Below are positions 59,309 through 64,000 of a stretch of DNA of 64,000 bases, piece after piece; the stretch's first letter is position 1, and each line of letters opens with the position of its first letter. The stretch lies in NCBI GenBank assembly GCA_964016885.1, contig OZ024758.1:10168001-10232000 (forward strand), given 5' to 3'. This stretch comes from Eledone cirrhosa. Its lineage: Eukaryota. Under the pieces are notes generated by a model. It did no database searches, was not told where the DNA came from, and saw only the letters and a list, made by a program, of their open reading frames with translations. The translations under genes were made by a program, and so were the position numbers.

Positions 59309-60456
59309 GAAAATATATATAGATATATTAATATGGTGATTTTCTTTCTGCAGGATAACTCCTTCAAATGCAAGTGCAGCATCTAAACTAAATACTGGAA
59401 TTTATGCAGACAATGCAAAGTCTTCAGAGCCTCATACAACTTCTCTCATGCAATCAGCTGGAGGTACTCCACATCTATCTGCTACTGCTGCCTCCACAAC
59501 TCTCACGACTGCTGTTACTGCAAATCTGAAAGAATCCAGTATGGGAGCTGTTTCTCCTGCTCTGCCAGCCCAAAATGCTCCTAGTAACACATTGCCTACA
59601 TGTTTGCAACCATCGTCTTTACCTTCAACATCATTAAGCCACAGTGTAGCAGTTTCATCTCAGCAGGGTCACCATAGAGCTGCACCATCTTCTACTCTAC
59701 CTGTTATGACCACTAGTGCACCGACTACTTCGAGTTCGTCTAGTGCAGGGAGTGTGGCTAGTGCCACAGTAAATGCTACAAATACACAGACTACAAAGTT
59801 TGTATCTACTGTAAGTATTAAATACTCAATTTAATAATCAATCATCATTTTATGACTCTTTTGTTTGTGTTTAAATTTTGTCCCCCATATCATTAGGTTT
59901 CTAAATGTTAGATAATACAAATTTTTAACTAAGATTCATATAAATTTTTGGCAGTATTAAAATCTTCAGAGTACCTCTGCTGAAGTTTTGTTGTATGACA
60001 ATATTAATTCTGTTTGTTTTTTGTTGCTAATTTATCTTTTCGCTATTTCAGGAGGAAAAGTCGACATCTAGATTGAGTTATGCACAGATGGTTGCACGGA
60101 AACGGGAACCTAGTTCAGAAGTTGCTACTACGTCCATTGGATCTTCAGACAAAAACACAAGTTGCATATCTCAAGTCTCGCAGCAGATGTCACAACAATC
60201 CCCTAATGACCCTGTTTGTAAAACCACAAACAATAATCTTATGCAACAAACTAGTTCTGCAGGAACACTGCGTAGTCAAGCCCTTAAAGAACAATCTCAA
60301 GCCTCTGCTCATTCACAGCTTCTTTCATCTAAAGAACAACTCTTGCGTAAAGATTTGGAACCAAAGGAGCAGCGATTCTTTGCTGGAAGAAGGCCAGCAA
60401 AAGAGAACCGTGAACGCCAGAGGAGAAAAACAGATCGAGAGAGGACTTCAAAATGA
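13617..60456 (+). CDS. LARP4: La-related protein 4 (LARP4/LARP4B pro-orthologue), spliced model of 16 coding exons, about 992 aa
   Basis: Hand-spliced exons give MTSD..., GLNPNATVF (PAM2), [30 protein letters not shown] (La motif), [25 protein letters not shown]...[13 protein letters not shown]...FLGKPIMARIKA (RRM), [17 protein letters not shown] and LSYAQM, all recognisable in vertebrate LARP4; all introns are GT-AG and phases are compatible. Confidence 0.95.
14338..14544 (-). mobile_element. Same MITE family, opposite orientation
   Basis: TTAA ends, internal sequence is the reverse complement of 10731-10941. Confidence 0.85.
16040..19030 (-). mobile_element. Old, highly degenerate non-LTR (mostly RTE-like) fragments
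   Basis: Reverse strand [11 protein letters not shown]-like at 16080-16110 and LPHADDLVL-like at 18510-18540; no intact ORF; may be several elements. Confidence 0.5.
20282..20487 (+). mobile_element. Same MITE family (further + copies about 28172-28349, 28785-28970, 35625-35825, 44445-44632, 50767-50933)
   Basis: ccctttagcatttacattactc...gagaacaataccttaacatcagtatgag...aatgctaaaggg consensus. Confidence 0.85.
20525..21652 (-). mobile_element. 5'-truncated RTE-clade LINE (RT C-half to 3' tail)
   Basis: [14 protein letters not shown]...[13 protein letters not shown] motifs; [11 protein letters not shown]...[12 protein letters not shown]; tail ggacgtaaaatgatga. Confidence 0.9.
21656..22348 (+). 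mobile_element. 5'-truncated RTE LINE, second subfamily with long 3' UTR ending (GAT)n
   Basis: [12 protein letters not shown]...GRSRKTW then gtggttggtgttaggaaggg...aacccatgcaagcgtggaagatggacgttaaacgatgatgatga. Confidence 0.88.
22540..22800 (-). mobile_element. Tc1/mariner transposase C-terminal fragment
   Basis: Reverse strand [15 protein letters not shown] resembles the mariner SPDLAPxDFxLFxxLK motif. Confidence 0.55.
23454..24073 (+). mobile_element. Shorter deletion derivative of the same piggyBac
   Basis: FLPQTFF..VAE...[15 protein letters not shown] segment between ttaaccctttagc and gaatgctaaagag ends. Confidence 0.85.
24075..24869 (+). mobile_element. Helitron-like 3' portion with a nested SINE (about 24400-24716)
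   Basis: Ends cgcagcaaggtgcgggtaattcggCTAG|T; SINE core and (GAT)n tail inside. Confidence 0.55.
25342..27724 (-). mobile_element. Decayed piggyBac (PGBD4-like) DNA transposon
   Basis: TTAACCCTTTAGCATTCAC terminus at 25342; transposase pieces internally; the other terminus is truncated near 27724. Confidence 0.9.
25920..27505 (-). pseudogene. piggyBac transposase pseudogene, frameshifted
   Basis: [45 protein letters not shown]...KKWWRY, acidic N-terminus, Cys-rich remnant near 25930-26020; split over at least five frames/ORFs. Confidence 0.9.
31431..31499 (+). CDS. Candidate alternative first coding exon of LARP4 ([23 protein letters not shown])
   Basis: ATG directly after in-frame TAG, 23 open codons, AAG|gtatgt donor in phase 0 compatible with the PAM2 exon. 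Confidence 0.45.
36555..36852 (+). repeat. Representative RTE-tail/SINE-type dispersed repeat (others near 2540-2745, 9530-9660, 11140-11325, 19960-20050, 29578-29755 (-), 40135-40310, 47105-47345 (-))
   Basis: cccagcacacactgtaaagtggttggcattaggaagggcatccagc core, tandemly duplicated internally. Confidence 0.8.
36962..37052 (+). CDS. LARP4: LARP4 PAM2 exon [30 protein letters not shown]
   Basis: tttttgtag acceptor, G|gtgagt donor, 91 nt, phase 0 to 1; LNPNAxxF PAM2 motif. Confidence 0.93.
37745..38480 (-). mobile_element. Cluster of SINEs of another family (also about 3270-3470 and 32170-32500 on +)
   Basis: Shared gagttcaaatccc(g)ctgaggtcaactttgcctttcatcc B-box core, aaagtaccagt segment, (TAG)/(TAA)n tails. 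Confidence 0.7.
40920..42526 (+). mobile_element. RTE LINE fragment (APE endonuclease end through RT), internally deleted
   Basis: AGDFNGHVG endonuclease motif at about 40950, WWW...AIRDKR linker, LLYADDLVL at about 42155; many stops. Confidence 0.88.
43430..43970 (-). mobile_element. Degenerate RTE LINE C-terminal fragment
   Basis: Reverse strand [47 protein letters not shown], homologous to 20940-21070. Confidence 0.65.
44818..45099 (+). CDS. LARP4: LARP4 Ser/Thr/Ala-rich N-terminal linker exon
   Basis: ttttcccag acceptor, caag|gtagtg donor, 282 nt, phase 1-1, within ORF 44802..45197. Confidence 0.85.
45231..45466 (+). mobile_element. Second TTAA-flanked MITE family (related copies about 1322-1548, 30060-30290, 37180-37500)
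   Basis: TTAACCCTTT...ctggttctatgatataaaact...cattagaaatatggtaa...AAAGGGTTAA. Confidence 0.7.
46135..46935 (+). mobile_element. Non-autonomous Helitron-like element
   Basis: A|TCTATATATATAAAG 5' end, subterminal cccgtgcaacgctggg hairpin and CTAG|T 3' end, no TSD, internal duplication (46151-46250 vs 46475-46570). Confidence 0.75.
47585..48779 (-). mobile_element. Internally deleted non-autonomous piggyBac, both ends present
   Basis: TTAACTCTTTAG...CTAAAGAGTTAA; ORF 47887..48570 matches the transposase N-terminal part of the 25.3-27.7 kb copy. Confidence 0.9.
49346..49433 (+). CDS. LARP4: LARP4 exon, start of La motif ([28 protein letters not shown])
   Basis: ttttag acceptor, AG|gtattt donor, QLEYYFS La-motif signature. 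Confidence 0.95.
50230..50366 (+). CDS. LARP4: LARP4 La motif exon ([46 protein letters not shown])
   Basis: tttttacag acceptor, G|gtgagt donor, phase 2 to 1. Confidence 0.96.
51062..51165 (+). CDS. LARP4: LARP4 La motif/RRM junction exon ([35 protein letters not shown])
   Basis: tttatag acceptor, CAA|gtaagg donor; near-identical to human [25 protein letters not shown]. Confidence 0.96.
51452..51616 (+). CDS. LARP4: LARP4 RRM exon ([55 protein letters not shown])
   Basis: ctaactttcag acceptor, ATG|gtaagt donor, 165 nt. Confidence 0.96.
51660..52180 (+). mobile_element. RTE LINE 3' fragment like 21656-22348
   Basis: [10 protein letters not shown]...[13 protein letters not shown] followed by the same 3' UTR and tail. 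Confidence 0.85.
52649..52783 (+). CDS. LARP4: LARP4 exon [18 protein letters not shown]...NFQQ (RRM end)
   Basis: caccag acceptor, CAA|gtatgt donor, 135 nt; ARIKA continues KPIM. Confidence 0.92.
52905..53015 (+). mobile_element. tRNA-derived SINE head
   Basis: A box tggtttagtgg, B box gagttcaattcc, followed by the gtccttgagcaaaacac core. Confidence 0.65.
53805..53867 (+). CDS. LARP4: LARP4 exon [21 protein letters not shown]
   Basis: Strong polypyrimidine tract and tag acceptor, ATG|gtaaga donor, 63 nt. Confidence 0.85.
53972..54054 (+). CDS. LARP4: LARP4 exon [28 protein letters not shown]
   Basis: ttttaag acceptor, GG|gtaagc donor, phase 0 to 2. Confidence 0.85.
55935..56128 (-). mobile_element. 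Same MITE family, reverse copy (another at 57971-58179)
   Basis: gatgttaaggtattgttctcaaaataaatatc...aatgctaaagagttaa. Confidence 0.8.
56626..56979 (+). CDS. LARP4: LARP4 low-complexity exon with His cluster and poly-Thr
   Basis: cctcctcccttag acceptor, AG|gtatgg donor, 354 nt open, phase 2-2. Confidence 0.88.
57253..57304 (+). CDS. LARP4: LARP4 exon [18 protein letters not shown]
   Basis: tttacag acceptor, TCT|gtaagt donor; resembles human RGRRRREDD. Confidence 0.88.
57412..57504 (+). CDS. LARP4: LARP4 exon with conserved box [14 protein letters not shown]
   Basis: catttttag acceptor, CAA|gtaagt donor; cf. human FDLLASNFPPLPGS. Confidence 0.93.
58244..58574 (-). mobile_element. 330-bp derivative of the same piggyBac (ends only)
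   Basis: Both subterminal regions of 47585-48779 joined, TTAA on both sides. Confidence 0.85.
58779..59191 (+). CDS. LARP4: LARP4 exon [11 protein letters not shown] plus Thr/Ser/Ala/Pro-rich region
   Basis: tttaccag acceptor, AA|gtaagt donor; cf. human LENRMSDVVKG. Confidence 0.92.
59354..59810 (+). CDS. LARP4: LARP4 Ser/Thr/Ala-rich exon
   Basis: ttctgcag acceptor, ACT|gtaagt donor, phase 2 to 0, open throughout. Confidence 0.88.
60052..60456 (+). CDS. LARP4: LARP4 last coding exon ([20 protein letters not shown]...ERTSK*)
   Basis: tatttcag acceptor; LSYAQM matches human KLSYAEVC box; TGA at 60454-60456. Confidence 0.92.
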   Translation, partial: EEKSTSRLSYAQMVARKREPSSEVATTSIGSSDKNTSCISQVSQQMSQQSPNDPVCKTTNNNLMQQTSSAGTLRSQALKEQSQASAHSQLLSSKEQLLRKDLEPKEQRFFAGRRPAKENRERQRRKTDRERTSK

Positions 60457-61429
60457 TATTAGTGTTAAACAAGATTCAGTTGATTGCCCTTTCTCAGTAT
60501 ATAACCCTACTTCTTTCCAGTTCCTAATCCAGTTACAATTGAAATGTTTTATCTCTCATGGGAGATATGTTTATTTTATTCTTTTATTTACAGAGCTATC
60601 TGCCTGTCAATTTCTTTAGCCTCAACATCCTTGTCCTTATAATTCCTGAAGGTTTCCGATTTACTTGATCCAGTTTCTTTGAAATTAAACTGCTGGATCA
60701 ATGAAGCAGTGGGGTGGTTTAAAACTTCTAGTTTCTCTGTGGATACATTAACTATAGAATAATGAGTCACTGATATTTCATTTTAATGTCTGTTAAACGA
60801 TAAGAAAAGAAAAACAAAAAACAAAGCTGTCTTTTTATATGTTGCTTGTCTGAAATAGACAAAAAGAACATGCTTTTGATTTATGGACTTATGGTATGAA
60901 ATACAGATCCCGGATTTGGATGCCTTTTTAAAGTAATTCTGGTTATTGCAGTCCTGTATCATTTATGGCTGGCTGTCAATGCTTGTTGCCTTTCTCTTCC
61001 TCCTCCTTTCTTCCTCTAACCCCCTCTAGCTATTAGAATGGCATCCAAGTTCTTTGCCATAGCCATTAATTCTTTGCTAGTTATACACTATCTCTATCAG
61101 CAGCAGCCAGGAGTTATATTAATTAAAAAAGAAACAAAAAACAGCAGAGTATAAAAACATCTGCAATGCAGGACTTATTCGACAAACATAATGTAAGATT
61201 ACAATATCAGCCATATTTACCTGGTGACTTGGAGTGGCTGTAATGTTCATTTTATCTTCCCAATAGAAACCTATATGTTGACAGCGCCTCTCAATTCTAA
61301 TTTCATCATTGATGCTTTAAAGGCAAGGATTTTTTTTTTTAAATTTTTAAGGATGATTCTTGAAAATGTTAAGAAAAATCCTATTCACATCCCTTTTTAT
61401 GCACTAAAAGTGAAATACAGATGTGCATA

Positions 61430-61498
<69 letters not shown>

Positions 61499-62117
61499 TT
61501 ATATATATATATAAATTTTTTTTTTTTTTTTTTTTTTTTTTTGTTCTGACAATTGGTTTTCAAAAATAAAACTAATAAAAAAAACAATCACTAAAGTAAC
61601 TGGATCCAGTTGGCACCAACAATATTTGTGGCGGAGAATTTCCTCAACTGTTTTAGAATTTAGGGACAAAAAAAAAAGATCTATAGACTGGGTTTTGGCT
61701 AAAGTAGCAACTGTCTGGAAAATTTGAAAAGAACTAGAGGTGAAATGGTACAGGTCTTTCCATTTGTACATTTACAATTGATATATTGAACAATAATTCT
61801 CTCACTCTCTCTTTCTATCTGAATTCCCTTACACTCTTTCATTTCACCCAGCCAACAAAGCCTGCTTTCATCCAAGGCAGAAACTTAGAAGTCAAACAAA
61901 AAATAGAAAAAAGTAACAAACATAAAAATGGTATCCTCTTGGCATCTCTGGACAAATACCTCACCTGTATTATTACTATGTGATAGATCTTGCAAATATG
62001 CTTGCGCTGTGGATTTCCGAGAAACCTGTTATAATAGGTTTTAAGAACAAAGTTAGTTTTGTGTGAAAGGTAAAGGTAAAGAAAACACAAAAGTAACTAA
62101 ATTTTCTGATGGTTAGT

Positions 62118-62150
<33 letters not shown>

Positions 62151-63800
62151 CTGGAAAGGTGAGTTTATGAATATGCTTATTTAATTCAAAAAGGGAAAAA
62201 TACAAACAAGAAAAATATTTTTGCTATTGTGCTTGGCCTATGAAGATGAGTTTCTTTGATTTATTAAGTTAACATCTGTAATTCCTTTCTCTTGGGTTTA
62301 TTTATATTTTATTTTCCAGCATTAGCCTAGTTATAAGCTACATCCAAGGATGTTAAATTAGAAATTTTTTTTTTAGTTGGATTTCATAATTTTTTTATTT
62401 ATAGTTATAGTAATATCCCCCCCCCCCCCCCCCCAATCCCCATAATTATTTTTTTTTCGTATTGAAATGCCCCCATCCCCCCACCCCCTCGTGAAATTGT
62501 TTAACCCCAAGTCAATTCTGATGGGAGCAGACATATTAAAAGTATTCAGCCATGGCTATCTTTTGGTGTGTCCCTTTCTTTCCTAAGATGGTTGGTTAGT
62601 AAGTTGTGTTATTTGGGGGAGGTTTGGCTGCTATTTTTAGTAGGACGAGCGACCATTTTTTAAACTGCAAAATTAACAAATATCTTCAGTACACTTAACT
62701 ATGTTTTGGGTAAAGTTAATTTTACAGGCCAAGCTACAATTCAACTTTGCTTGTTCGAGGAAATATTTTTTCTCCTGATATACCCCTGCCTTAAAATGAT
62801 TATATTCACTGGCAGTACTACCATGTTGTGAGAATGGATTTCAAGTGCCTGTAAAGAAACTTTATTTTTATTTTAACTTTTTTTTTTAGTAGTAGCTATT
62901 GCAGTATTACTAAACCACTGCTTCTTTTTAATCTTGGTTCCTTTAGTAATCCCAGTTTCTTAAATCATAGCCCCTTGAATTATTAAAACACAGTTGTATC
63001 ACAGTGAACAAGTGTTTCATGTAGGTTCTCGATTTAAAGACCTAGATATCAAAGCTAGTTTATTTAACCTAGATTCCTCTGAGACTTGTTTTTTAAAAGA
63101 CAAGGTTGGTCTCAACAGTTGACATCCAGGTTTGCAGGAAACTGTTAATTATTGAATAGCTTTGTGGTATTAAAAAGGCTATTTTTCTTGATCATTACTA
63201 ACAACTATAATACAGTATTGTAAAACTGAAGCTTATGAATATTAATAGCACATTGTAAACCATTGTTTATATAAAAGCATTTGTATATAGTTTGGTGAAT
63301 TGAAAACGAAAAAAAAAAACTTTTTTTTTTTTTTTTTAGTTTAAGTGAAGCTGAATATTATATATGTATATAAAAGTTAGCTTTATTTTATGACTGCCAT
63401 CTAAAGACATTAAAAAAAAAAATGAAAAAAAAAATAAAAATAAAACAAAAATAAAAAAAAAATTAATTTGGTGTGGGTGATGTATAATTGGAAAAGTGGG
63501 TTGGGTGAGAATGGAGGAAATAATTTTCTTTTTTTTTTTCTGTTAAATAAGAAAACCCTTTAGAAAAGTGTTGAGCTAAAGGTGAAATTATTTTCACTTG
63601 TGTTATCCAGCTAAGTTTAAATATATATGTATATATTAAAATGTTTTCATTTGTACATATTTTCGGATGTTTCTTTAAATCTGATATTTGGGTAACAGAG
63701 TGAATCTAAGTAAATCTTGAAGTTATTTTGCAGAGATATTGTTCTATTGTCCATACATATTCTAACAGAAATGTTTATTTATTCAGCTCCTAACATGTTA
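60457..63800 (+). other. Probable long 3' UTR of LARP4 (3' end undetermined)
   Basis: Largely unique U/A-rich sequence after the stop, poly-U and poly-A tracts, several AATAAA (about 61565-61578 and 63433-63455). Confidence 0.5.
61432..61542. repeat. (TA)n followed by poly-T; other microsatellites at 12423-12489, 40830-40912, 59256-59304, 63868-64000
   Basis: Directly visible simple repeats. Confidence 0.95.
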
Positions 63801-64000
63801 TCAAGCAAATTCAATTTCCTCAATGGAGGAAGCTATCTACCTATCTTTCTTTTCTTTCTCTCTCATATTATATATATATATATACTGTATATATGTTTAT
63901 ATATATATACTGTGTTTATATATATATATACACTGTATATGTGTTTATATATATGTATACTGTTTATATATATACACAGTGTTTATATATATATATGTGT

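Noticed and set aside
60049-60054. NAGNAG acceptor CAG-GAG at the last exon
   Set aside because: Distal GAG acceptors are rarely used and the effect would be one Glu
60080-60619. 179-aa ORF overlapping the last exon in another frame
   Set aside because: No recognisable motif; the splice phase at 60052 selects the LSYAQM frame
61224-61771. ORFs with YIYI and poly-Lys runs
   Set aside because: Translations of (TA)n and poly-T microsatellites

Overview
AT-rich, microsatellite- and repeat-dense animal genomic DNA; the repeat families look like octopus/coleoid cephalopod ones (my inference, not a database result). One protein-coding gene dominates the + strand: a La-related protein 4 (LARP4/4B pro-orthologue). 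I assembled it by hand from 16 GT-AG coding exons between 13617 and 60456 with consistent splice phases (2979 nt, 992 aa plus stop). It has an N-terminal PAM2, a La motif, an RRM, the FPPLPG and LSYAQM conserved boxes and long Ser/Thr/Ala-rich linkers. Candidate promoter and 5'-UTR exons lie at about 5.5-7.2 kb, a candidate alternative first coding exon at 31431-31499, and a long U/A-rich 3' region follows 60456. Introns hold RTE-clade LINE relics and their tails, tRNA-headed SINEs, a decayed piggyBac with a deletion series down to TTAA-flanked MITEs, Helitron-like elements and a mariner fragment. Upstream, four degenerate hammerhead-ribozyme-like motifs sit among (TA)n tracts. Most ORFs in the supplied track are spurious or TE-derived. 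I see no clear-cut new multi-gene system; the best leads are the alternative LARP4 N-termini, an in-frame uORF, the hammerhead cluster and inverted repeats bracketing key exons.
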